The notes: a model not told the origin generated them from the sequence alone. A stretch of DNA of 32,000 nt from Methylorubrum extorquens (GCA_900234795.1 LT962688.1:2580001-2612000); one strand, 5' to 3'. Positions 9,116-18,710 are shown, numbered from the stretch's first letter. Translations and numbers: made by a program.

Positions 9116-10522
9116 TCATCCTTGCAAAGCTGCCAGCTCTCCCGGCAGCGCATAGGCCCACTGGGTGATCGTGCCGGCGCCCAGGCACACGACGTAGTCG
9201 TTCGAACCGGCGCGGCCGGCGACGAGGCGGGCTAGATCCTCCGGGCGCTCCAGGGCGACGGCGTCGCGGTGGCCACGGGCCTTCAGGCCGGCAATCAGCG
9301 AATCGCGGTCGATGCCCTCGATCGGCGCCTCGCCCGCCGCGTAGACGGGGGCGACGATCACCGTGTCGGCGTCGTTGAAGCAGGTGCAGAAATCCTCGAA
9401 CAGCGACTGAAGCCGGGTGTAGCGGTGCGGCTGCACGATGGCGATGACCCGGCCGTCGGTCGAGGCGCGGGCCGCGCGCAGCACCGCCTGGATCTCCACC
9501 GGGTGGTGGCCGTAATCGTCGAAGATCGTCGCGCCGTTCCACTCGCCGGTGCGGGTGAAGCGGCGCTTGACGCCGCCGAAGCCGGCGAGCGCCTTGCGGA
9601 TCGCATCCGACGGCACGCCGAGTTCGTGGGCCACCGCCAAAGCCGCGGTGGCGTTGAGCGCGTTGTGACGGCCGGGCATCGGCAGGACGAGATCCTCGAT
9701 CTCCATGCGGAAGCCGGGGCGGCGGTCGCGAATCATCACCCGGAAGCGGCTCTGGCCGCCCTTCAGGTCGATGTCGATGAGGCGCACGTCGGCCTGCGGG
9801 TTCTCGCCGTAGGTGATGATGCGCCGGTCCTCGATATGGCCGACCAGATCCTGCACGATCGGGTGATCGATGCACATCACGGCAAAGCCATAGAACGGGA
9901 TGTTGTCGATGAAGCGCCGGAAGGCGTCCTTGATCGCCTCGAACGAGCCGAAATGGTCGAGATGCTCGGGGTCGATGTTGGTGACGATGGCGACATCCGC
10001 CGGCAGCTTGAGGAAGGTGCCGTCGGATTCGTCGGCCTCGACCACCATCCAGTCGCCGGCGCCCATGCGGGCATTGGTGCCGTAGGCGTTGATGATGCCG
10101 CCGTTGATGACGGTGGGGTCGAGGTTGCCGGCGTCGAGCAGGGTGGCGACGAGCGAGGTCGTCGTGGTCTTGCCGTGGGTGCCGGCCACCGCGACGCAGG
10201 ACTTGAACCGCATCAGCTCGGCCAGCATCTCGGCGCGGCGCACCACCGGCAGGCGGCGCTCGCGGGCTTCGATCAGTTCCGCGTTGTCGCGGCGGATCGC
10301 GGTGGAGACTACGACGAGGGCCGCGTTCTCGACGTTCTCGGCCCGGTGGCCGACGAAGGTGCGGATGCCGTTCTCGGCCAGCCGCCGGACATTGGCGTTG
10401 TCGTTCGCGTCCGAGCCCTGCACCGTATAGCCGAGATTGGCCATGACCTCGGCGATGCCGGACATGCCGATGCCGCCGATGCCGATGAAGTGGATGGGGC
10501 CGAGCTTTTCGGGCAGCTTCAT
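9116..10522 (-). CDS. murC: UDP-N-acetylmuramate--L-alanine ligase
   Basis: 468 aa. Contains [36 protein letters not shown] and the Mur ligase central and C-terminal domains. Confidence 0.95.
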   Translation of the reverse strand: MKLPEKLGPIHFIGIGGIGMSGIAEVMANLGYTVQGSDANDNANVRRLAENGIRTFVGHRAENVENAALVVVSTAIRRDNAELIEARERRLPVVRRAEMLAELMRFKSCVAVAGTHGKTTTTSLVATLLDAGNLDPTVINGGIINAYGTNARMGAGDWMVVEADESDGTFLKLPADVAIVTNIDPEHLDHFGSFEAIKDAFRRFIDNIPFYGFAVMCIDHPIVQDLVGHIEDRRIITYGENPQADVRLIDIDLKGGQSRFRVMIRDRRPGFRMEIEDLVLPMPGRHNALNATAALAVAHELGVPSDAIRKALAGFGGVKRRFTRTGEWNGATIFDDYGHHPVEIQAVLRAARASTDGRVIAIVQPHRYTRLQSLFEDFCTCFNDADTVIVAPVYAAGEAPIEGIDRDSLIAGLKARGHRDAVALERPEDLARLVAGRAGSNDYVVCLGAGTITQWAYALPGELAALQG

Positions 10523-10663
10523 ATCAAAAACCTTTTGAGTCCGGGGCGCTGACGAGCCCCGGCCGTCTCGTTCCGGAACCCGACGATCACGGATCGTCGA
10601 ACTCCGCGCGTGCGGGGCGACCGTCGGCCGGACGCGGCAAGCCGTTCGGGCTTGCCGCAGATT

Positions 10664-11773
10664 TCAGGTCGCGGCCGCCGTCTCGGCGACGAGCGCGGCG
10701 AGGCGGTCGGCCGCGTCGAGGATGCGGGCGGTTTTGGCCGCAGCGGCGGCCTGGGTCAATTTCCGCGGTGCTTCGAACAGATCCACCAGCTCGGCGGCGA
10801 GCCGATCGGGGGTGAAGGCGCTCTGCGGAATCGAGAGCGCGGCGCCAATCTGGGCCAGCGTCGCGGCGTTGGCCGCCTGATCCTGATCGAGCGCTCCGGG
10901 CAGCGGCACGAGGATGGCCGGCCGGCCGATGGCGGCGAGTTCGGAGACCGTCGAGGCGCCCGAGCGCGCCACCACGAGATGGGCGCTCGCCATGCGGCCG
11001 GGCAGATCCTTGAAGAAAGGGGCCGCCTCGATCCCGCCGAGCCCCATGGCGAGGTAGCGGTTCTGCGTCGCGGTCAGATCCTCGGGCCGCGCCTGCTGCA
11101 CGAGGTGGAGGCGGGCGCGAAGGTCTTGCGGCAACTTTTCAATCGCCGCCGGCACGACCTCGCTCATCACGCGGGCGCCCTGGCTGCCGCCGAACACGAG
11201 GAGCCGGAGCGGCGCGTCCGCATCGAGGGACGGATAGGGCGTCTCGGCCACGGCCAGCACCGCGGGGCGGATCGGGTTGCCGGTATGGACGCGGCGCGCG
11301 GTCGCCTTCTCGGGCACGCCGCGCACCTCCTTGAAACCGGTGGCGATGACGCGCGCGCCCTTGGCGAGGAAACCGTTGGCCCGGCCCATCACCGCGTTCT
11401 GCTCGTGCAGGATGGTGGGGACCCGCAGGAGCTGCGCCGCCAGCATCGGTGGCACGGTCGGGTAGCCGCCAAAGCCGACGACCGCCGCCGGGTTGAGCCG
11501 CCTCACGGCGCGGGCGGCCTGACCGAAGCCCCGGCCGAGCGTGACGACGGCGCCGGCCCGGCGCAGCACCGAGCGGCCCGAGGGCGTGGCCGAGGCGATG
11601 GTGACGATCTCTTCCGCCGGGAAATCGCCCGCGATCGAATCGACGCGGGCATCGGTGGCGAGCGCGACGCGAATCCCGCGATCCTTTAGGGCGTAGGCAA
11701 GACTCTGGGCCGGGAACAGGTGACCGCCGGTGCCACCCGCGCAGACGAGAACCAGGGGGGTGAAAACGGTCAC
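10664..11773 (-). CDS. murG: UDP-N-acetylglucosamine--N-acetylmuramyl-(pentapeptide) pyrophosphoryl-undecaprenol GlcNAc transferase
   Basis: This is the C-terminal 369 codons of the 744-aa track ORF. The GTG start at 11773 overlaps the ftsW stop (GTGA). The N-terminus VTVFTPLVLVCAGGTGGHLFPAQSLA carries the MurG G-loop. The upstream part of the track ORF is out-of-frame ftsW sequence. Confidence 0.9.
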   Translation of the reverse strand: MTVFTPLVLVCAGGTGGHLFPAQSLAYALKDRGIRVALATDARVDSIAGDFPAEEIVTIASATPSGRSVLRRAGAVVTLGRGFGQAARAVRRLNPAAVVGFGGYPTVPPMLAAQLLRVPTILHEQNAVMGRANGFLAKGARVIATGFKEVRGVPEKATARRVHTGNPIRPAVLAVAETPYPSLDADAPLRLLVFGGSQGARVMSEVVPAAIEKLPQDLRARLHLVQQARPEDLTATQNRYLAMGLGGIEAAPFFKDLPGRMASAHLVVARSGASTVSELAAIGRPAILVPLPGALDQDQAANAATLAQIGAALSIPQSAFTPDRLAAELVDLFEAPRKLTQAAAAAKTARILDAADRLAALVAETAAAT

Positions 11774-12936
11774 TGCATCAGTCCCGGAACGGCCGAGGGC
11801 ATGGTGCCGGGCGGGCGCTGGTTGACCGCCGTGGTGCGGGGGCGCTTGCGGGTGAGCGCTACGAGGAAGCCCATGCCGAGCGCCAGCGAGATCAGCGAGG
11901 AGCCGCCGTAGGAGACGAACGGCAGAGTCATGCCCTTGGCCGGCATGAGCTGCGTGTTCACCGCCATGTTGATGCAGGCCTGCAGGCCGAAGAGCGTCGT
12001 CAGACCGGTAATGGCGAGCCTCGTGAAGGTGTCGTCGGTGCGGCGCGCGAGTTTCAGCCCGCGGATGACGATGTAGGCGAAGAGTGCCACGAGGCCCAGG
12101 CAAACCAGCACGCCGAATTCCTCGCCGGTCACTGAGAAGATGAAATCGGTATGCGCGTCGGGCAGGTGGCGCTTGGCCACGCCCTCGCCGGGGCCGGTGC
12201 CGAACCAGCCGCCGGAATTGAACGATTCGCGCGACCAGACCTCCTGGAAGCTGTCGCCCGATTCGGGATCCATGAAGCGGTTGATGCGCTCGCGGACGTG
12301 GTGGAGGAAGGTGTAGGCGGTGAAGACGCCGACGATGCCGGCAAATCCGAGACCCGCCACCCAGAACCAGTGCAGCCCGGCGACGAAGAACAGGGTGCAC
12401 CACACCATCGTGATCAGCATGGTCTGGCCGAAATCCGGCTGGAGGATCAGCGGCACGATCGTCATCGGCAGCAGCATGAACGCGAAGATGACGCCGGGCA
12501 TGTCGCGGCGGTTGGCGCCTTCCGAGAAGGCCCAGGCGGTGACGACCACGAAGGCGGGCTTCACGAATTCCGAGGGCTGGAGGCCGAAGGAGCCGAACTG
12601 GATCCAGCGATGCGCGCCCTTGATCTCGGGGCCGAACTTGCCGGCCAGAATGCAGAGCACCACGCCGAGTAGCCATGTCACCAGGGCGAAACGCCGGATG
12701 TGGCGCACCGACAGGAACGACACGGCGATGATGAGCAGGACGGTGGGGGCGAGATACATCGCCTGCCGGTTGAGGAAGTAGAAGGTCGGCAGGCCGATGC
12801 GTTCGGCCACCGGCGGTCCGCCGCCCATCAGGAAGACGAGACCGGCCACCATCAGGCAGCCGAGGCCCGCAAGCAGGCCGCGATCGACCGTCCACCACCA
12901 GTCCGCGAGGGGGCTGCGTTCGGCGCGCGACATCAT
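11770..12936 (-). CDS. ftsW: Peptidoglycan glycosyltransferase / division protein FtsW (SEDS family)
   Basis: Start placed at the ATG at 12936 (MMSRAERSPLADWWW...), giving 388 aa with about 10 TM segments. Contains the SEDS motifs GAHRWIQFGSFGLQPSEFVKP and PDAHTDFIFSVTGEEFG. The upstream 67 codons of the track ORF look non-coding. Confidence 0.9.
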   Translation of the reverse strand: MMSRAERSPLADWWWTVDRGLLAGLGCLMVAGLVFLMGGGPPVAERIGLPTFYFLNRQAMYLAPTVLLIIAVSFLSVRHIRRFALVTWLLGVVLCILAGKFGPEIKGAHRWIQFGSFGLQPSEFVKPAFVVVTAWAFSEGANRRDMPGVIFAFMLLPMTIVPLILQPDFGQTMLITMVWCTLFFVAGLHWFWVAGLGFAGIVGVFTAYTFLHHVRERINRFMDPESGDSFQEVWSRESFNSGGWFGTGPGEGVAKRHLPDAHTDFIFSVTGEEFGVLVCLGLVALFAYIVIRGLKLARRTDDTFTRLAITGLTTLFGLQACINMAVNTQLMPAKGMTLPFVSYGGSSLISLALGMGFLVALTRKRPRTTAVNQRPPGTMPSAVPGLMQ

Positions 12937-13000
12937 GGCGAGGGGCTCGTCTCCAGCCGGCCGGTCCCGCGAAGAGACGCGGATGGCCAGCCCGGATGGT

Positions 13001-13026
13001 GGAACGTAAGGGTTAACGGTGTCTTG
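13001..13026 (+). promoter_or_regulatory. Conserved motif GGAACGTAAGGGTTAACGGTGTCTTG in the ftsW/guaB intergenic region, shared with the guaA upstream region
   Basis: The 9-mer GAACGTAAG plus TTAACGG and CTTG recur in the same order and strand at 22507-22534. Function is unknown. Confidence 0.4.
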
Positions 13027-13121
13027 CGGTTCGCAACGAGATCGGCCGGGCGTTGCCGATTGCCGGTCAGCCATGCACCGCGAATGGACGCGGTGGCTTT
13101 GCGTGCGCGGGGCGCCCATGA

Positions 13122-14690
<1,569 letters not shown>

Positions 14691-14740
14691 TGACGGGGCC
14701 GCGCGGTTCCGTTCGCGAATCGCGCGGCGCTGCATTCAGC

Positions 14741-14817
14741 GTGCCTCACGAGACGCCCGATCACTGATCGTCTCCGTTCCGGGCACGGCGGCGCATCGGG
14801 CGTCTCGTGAGAGACAC
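14741..14817. repeat. Palindromic extragenic repeat, copy 1 (17-bp perfect arms at 14745-14761 and 14795-14811)
   Basis: The arms are ctcacgagacgcccgat and atcgggcgtctcgtgag, with a 33-nt loop. The whole roughly 75-bp unit is homologous, in inverted orientation, to 18419-18494. It lies between convergent genes. Confidence 0.75.
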
Positions 14818-14937
14818 TTAGAGCCAGATCAGGCTCGCGATCAGGGTTAGACATTCCAGGAAGACCAGCACGCAGAGCGTGGCGGCGACGGCGCGGTCCT
14901 GTGCTGCCGTCGGGTCCGGAGAACGGATGCGCCCCAT
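14818..14937 (-). CDS. Candidate small membrane protein (39 aa)
   Basis: Below the ORF-track size cutoff. Reads ATG-GGG-CGC... for MGRIRSPDPTAAQDRAVAATLCVLVFLECLTLIASLIWL. A GGAGA SD lies 7 nt upstream, third codon positions are mostly G/C, and the C-terminus is a hydrophobic helix. The stop lies 1 nt before repeat copy 1 begins (6 nt before its stem). Confidence 0.35.
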   Translation of the reverse strand: MGRIRSPDPTAAQDRAVAATLCVLVFLECLTLIASLIWL

Positions 14938-15218
14938 GGTCGGTCTCCGCGAGACAACAAACGTAGGGCAATCCAGGGTTTGGCATTTTAATAAAGATCA
15001 ATCTCGGCCGTGAAAGTCTCGCCGGCCGCAAAAAGTCTCCGCAGGCCTGGGGGTGGCCGCGGAGAGAAGTCTTGGGAGGAATGCATCGAGCCGCGAGGGT
15101 CCGCCGACGCTCCGGAACTCGAGCGGCGACTTCGGCTGGTGCAACCGAAGCCTCTCACAACCGGATCTGCACGCTCAATGATGTAGATCAAACCGCGCGA
15201 AGTCGCTTCGACAACACG

Positions 15219-16064
15219 CTACGGTTTCACGGTCGAGACCGCCGGGGCGGCTTCCGCTTGCTGGTCGATCACCGTCGCGAACTCGTCCGGACTCAAGGTG
15301 ATGAACCGGCGCAAAGCCTCCTGAAACTCCGCATCCTTGTCGGCGGTGGGGCAGGCAAAGCCGCGGGACTGCGTGACCTGCGCCCGCATCGCCGCCTCGT
15401 AGGGCGCCATTTCCGGCTGGAGCGCGGACATCTTCGTATCGACGGCGGCGCGCTGCGCATCAGTTGCCGTCACGCTGCATGACCGCAGTACCCCCTGCAG
15501 GGCCAGCCCCACCGTATAGGTGGCCATCCGTGCCCGAGGCGGCAGCGGCGGTGCGGCGGCGACCGCTGGCCCCTTGGAAGGGGCCGCGGCGCAGCGTCGC
15601 AGGGCGGCGACAGCGGCGGCGAAATCGGGCGCCACGAGCGGCTTATCGCCGTCCGCGAACCGCAGGGACAGCGTCCGCGCGTCCAGCAGGGCCGGTACGA
15701 TCGTCTCCGGAAGCGCCGTGCGCAGGATCTGGCCATCACCGGTCCAGATCAGCGTCGCGCCGGCCGGCTTCCCATCGAGCAGCATCGGCACGCTGAACCG
15801 GTCGCCCGCCGAGAAGTCCCAGTTCCGGTCGGCGACCGCTAGGGTGAGACCGCCCCGATCGATCGAGACGATCACGACGCCGGCAAGTTCGCCCTGCGCG
15901 TCCTTCTCGGTGTGGGTCATCCGGCAGGCGGGGGAACCGGTTTCGCTGCCGCGGCGCTCCACCGTCCATCCGCGCACGGTCTCGAACGGCGCGCGGTCCG
16001 CGGCGGCGAGCGGGCCGCCGAGGAGCGTCGCCAGCATCGCTGCCGTGACGGGTGAGAGGCGCAC
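15219..16064 (-). CDS. Secreted two-domain protein of unknown function, paralog A (four conserved Cys)
   Basis: 281 aa with a GTG start and a GGGAG SD 7 nt upstream. It has a signal peptide (MRLSPVTAAMLATLLGGPLAAA). It aligns along its length with the ORF at 16388-17287. Confidence 0.8.
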   Translation of the reverse strand: MRLSPVTAAMLATLLGGPLAAADRAPFETVRGWTVERRGSETGSPACRMTHTEKDAQGELAGVVIVSIDRGGLTLAVADRNWDFSAGDRFSVPMLLDGKPAGATLIWTGDGQILRTALPETIVPALLDARTLSLRFADGDKPLVAPDFAAAVAALRRCAAAPSKGPAVAAAPPLPPRARMATYTVGLALQGVLRSCSVTATDAQRAAVDTKMSALQPEMAPYEAAMRAQVTQSRGFACPTADKDAEFQEALRRFITLSPDEFATVIDQQAEAAPAVSTVKP

Positions 16065-16288
16065 GCGAACACTCCCGCGGGGACGGCCGGCCCCCGCCGC
16101 CCGCGGAATGCGGGATGGCCAGCCGGCCGGGGAAGCCTAGCCGCAGCCCGCCGGCGCAACCAGCCTCGAAGCCGGCGTCTCTCACAGCGTTTTATGGGCA
16201 GAGGCGAAGACGGGTTTCGTCCGACCCGCGGGCTCGGCTCACCCTCGCGCCGAACCCCGCACCGTATTCGCGGTCGCGAAGCCTTAAG

Positions 16289-16325
16289 CCAAATCCGGTC
16301 GATCCCTTCGGGGTCGCGGATTTGG
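16289..16325 (-). terminator. Imperfect long hairpin with TTCG loop downstream of paralog B
   Basis: ccaaatccg...ccc-ttcg-ggg...cggatttgg lies about 60 nt past the stop at 16388. A second 7-bp hairpin (16366-16386) abuts the stop. There is no strong U tract. Confidence 0.3.
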
Positions 16326-16387
16326 CCTGGCTCATCTGCCGCGCAGACTGAGTGGTACGGTCCCGCTTCGATCGAGCGGGAGCCGTC

Positions 16388-17287
16388 TTACAGCTTCGAA
16401 TCGGACGGGGTGTTCGGGCTCTTCTCCGGCGCGGGCTGCTTTTCCAGGGCGGCTACCAACTCTTCGGGGCTCAGCTCGACGAACTTCCGCAGGATCTCCT
16501 GGAAGTCCGCCTGCTTGTCCGCCGCGGGGCAGGACTCGCCGTTGCGCTTCAATTCGCTCCGCACCTGCGCTTCGAGCGGCGCCATCTCCGGCTGGAGCGC
16601 GGCCATCCTCGCTTCGACCCCGGCGCGCTGCTTGCCGGTGGAGGGGACGTCGCAATCCTTCAGCACGCGCTGCACGGACACCCCGATCACGTAGGCCGCG
16701 ATTCGCTGCTGCGACGGCGCGGGGGGCCCGACGGGGGCAGCCTGCGGTGCCGCAACCGCGGCGGGTTTGGCCGGCGTGGCATCGCAGCGCCGCAGGGACT
16801 CGTAGCCCGCCGCGAAATCCGGAATCCGGAAATCGGCGTCGCTGTCCTCGAAGCGCAGGATCACGGTCTTGGCCGCGAGCAGATCGGGAACGACGCTGTC
16901 CGGCAGCTGGGTGCGCAGGGTCTTCCCGTCGCCGATCCAGGTCGTCTTCACCTTGATCGGCTTCTTGTCGAGGAACAGCGGCACCTTGACCGACTGCTCC
17001 TTGTCGAAGTCCCAGCCCTGATAGACCAGCACCATCACGGCCGAGGAATCCCGAAGAGCGAAGACGACGGCATTGGCAGCGTTGTTGTCGTCCTTGTCCT
17101 CGTAGGCGTGGGTCATGATGCAAGGATTGGCACTGGTATCGCCGACCGTCCGCTCGATTTCCCAACCCTTCACGACTTCGAACGGCTGGCGTTCCGCGGC
17201 CGAGACGGGTTGTGCGAAGAGGGCGGGAAGTAGTCCGGCTGCCAGGACGGCGAGGGTCGGCAGGGTGCGCATGGGCGAAATCCGCAA
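16388..17287 (-). CDS. Secreted two-domain protein of unknown function, paralog B (four conserved Cys)
   Basis: 299 aa. The TTG start at 17287 gives MRISP..., parallel to MRLSP... of paralog A; an ATG at 17272 is the alternative. The signal peptide ends at PVSAA. Blocks shared with paralog A include PFExVxGW, MTH, DGxxLRTxLP, LRF, LRRC, ALQPEMAP and LSPxE. Confidence 0.8.
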   Translation of the reverse strand: MRISPMRTLPTLAVLAAGLLPALFAQPVSAAERQPFEVVKGWEIERTVGDTSANPCIMTHAYEDKDDNNAANAVVFALRDSSAVMVLVYQGWDFDKEQSVKVPLFLDKKPIKVKTTWIGDGKTLRTQLPDSVVPDLLAAKTVILRFEDSDADFRIPDFAAGYESLRRCDATPAKPAAVAAPQAAPVGPPAPSQQRIAAYVIGVSVQRVLKDCDVPSTGKQRAGVEARMAALQPEMAPLEAQVRSELKRNGESCPAADKQADFQEILRKFVELSPEELVAALEKQPAPEKSPNTPSDSKL

Positions 17288-17478
17288 AAGCCAGCAATCG
17301 CCGGTGCGGAATGCAGGGGCCGTCTGGTGGACTCAAGCTTTGCCGCGGGATCGTTACGATTCCTTCGTGGCGCGCGGCACGCCGACGTCTCGAAAATCAC
17401 CAGCCGCATCCCGTTTTCGGCGGGGTGCGGGCGGCGAGGCTTCGGCGTATGTGAGGACGCAACAGGAAAGGGAGGACG

Positions 17479-18417
17479 ATGCGGATTCTCGTGGTCGGAG
17501 CCGGCGCGACGGGCGGCTATTTCGGGGCGCGGCTCGTGGAGGCCGGGCGGGACGTGACGTTTCTGGTGCGCCCGGCGCGCGCGGAAAAGCTGGCGGCGCG
17601 GGGCCTCTCGGTCCGTAGCCCGGTCGGCGACATCCGCATCGACGCGCCGAAGACCGTGACGGCGGACGCGCTCGCCGGGGCCGGGCCGTTCGACCTCGTC
17701 CTCCTCTCGGCCAAGGCCTACGACCTCGACTCGGTGGTCGCGGACGTGGCGCCGGCCGTCGGACCCGGCACGGCGGTGCTTCCGATCCTCAACGGCCTGC
17801 GCCATCTCGACGTGCTGGATCAGGCGTTCGGCGCCGACCGGGTGCTGGGGGGAAGCTGCGCCATCGTCGCGACGCTGACGGGTGACGGCGAGATCCGGCA
17901 GATGACCGATCTGCACACGCTCACTTACGGCGAGCGCGACGGGACGCGCTCCGAACGGATCGCACGCATCGAGGCGCAGATGGAGGGCGTGCGCTTCCAG
18001 CCGCGGGCCAGCGACAAGATCCTGCTGGAGATGTGGGAGAAGTGGGTCTTCCTCGCGACGCTCGCGGGATCGACGACCCTGATGCGCTCGGCGCTCGGCG
18101 ACATCGTCGCGGCGCCCGGCGGCCGGGCCTTCATCGAGGCGCTCCACGACGAGTGCCAGGCGGTGGCCGGCGCCAACGGGAACGCCGCCCGCGAGAAGGT
18201 CTTTGCCGGCGCCCGCAAGATGCTGACGGCGGAGGGCTCGGCAATGACCGCCTCGATGCTGCGCGACATCGAGGGCGGCGCCCGCATCGAGGCCGACCAC
18301 ATCATCGGCGACCTGATCGCGCGCGGACGGTCAAAGGGTGTCGAGACGCCGGTGCTCGCTCGGGTGCTGACGCACCTCAAGGCCTACGAGCACCGGCGCG
18401 CCCGCGAGGCGGCCTAA
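17479..18417 (+). CDS. 2-dehydropantoate 2-reductase family oxidoreductase (PanE/ApbA)
   Basis: 312 aa with a strong SD (AAGGGAGGA). Contains the Rossmann motif MRILVVGAGATGGYFGARL and SMLRDIEGGARIEADHIIGDL, typical of ketopantoate reductase-like proteins. Confidence 0.85.
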   Translation: MRILVVGAGATGGYFGARLVEAGRDVTFLVRPARAEKLAARGLSVRSPVGDIRIDAPKTVTADALAGAGPFDLVLLSAKAYDLDSVVADVAPAVGPGTAVLPILNGLRHLDVLDQAFGADRVLGGSCAIVATLTGDGEIRQMTDLHTLTYGERDGTRSERIARIEAQMEGVRFQPRASDKILLEMWEKWVFLATLAGSTTLMRSALGDIVAAPGGRAFIEALHDECQAVAGANGNAAREKVFAGARKMLTAEGSAMTASMLRDIEGGARIEADHIIGDLIARGRSKGVETPVLARVLTHLKAYEHRRAREAA

Positions 18418-18418
18418 C

Positions 18419-18494
18419 TGTCTCTCACAAAACGCCCGCTGCGCCGTCCTCGCCAAGGCGGGAACGGCCAGAGATCGGGAGTTTTGTGAGGCAA
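18419..18494. repeat. Palindromic extragenic repeat, copy 2 (arms at 18424-18438 and 18476-18490)
   Basis: The arms are ctcacaaaacgcccg and cgggagttttgtgag, with one mismatch. It shares the TGTCTCTCAC...ACGCCCG.TGCGCCG...GGAACGG...GTGAGGCA backbone with copy 1. It starts 2 nt after the reductase stop, between convergent genes. Confidence 0.75.
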
Positions 18495-18521
18495 TCGAGC
18501 TGCCCCCGCTCGCGCCGTTCG

Positions 18522-18710
18522 TCAGTAGCGGCCGGGCGGCGGCGGGGGCGGGCTGCCGTATTCGAGCTGCGTCTTGGCGTCGGGCCGGCGGGCGGGCGGC
18601 GGCACCGGATCGAGGCTGGGCGCGGCCGGCGCGGTGGAGCAGGCAGCGAGCGTGAGCGCGAGCAGGCTCGCGCACACCAAGGGCTTCAAACTCAGGCTTA
18701 CGGACGGCAT
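18522..18710 (-). CDS. Small lipoprotein (62 aa), Pro-rich
   Basis: Signal peptide plus lipobox (LALTLAAC). SD GAGGAAAGGA lies upstream of the ATG at 18710. Confidence 0.6.
   Translation of the reverse strand: MPSVSLSLKPLVCASLLALTLAACSTAPAAPSLDPVPPPARRPDAKTQLEYGSPPPPPPGRY

Noticed and set aside
10664-12898. 744-aa minus-strand ORF that looks like a giant fusion protein
   Set aside because: Only the C-terminal 369 codons are MurG. The upstream part is ftsW DNA read out of frame (Arg/Pro/His-rich nonsense). MurG starts at the GTG at 11773, overlapping the ftsW stop.
13001-13030. Reading the GGAAC of the shared gua motif as an ECF/EcfG-type -35 element (GGAAC-N16/17-CGTT)
   Set aside because: No CGTT-like -10 lies at the required spacing in either copy, and the guaA copy has TGAAC. 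The promoter-class assignment is unsupported.
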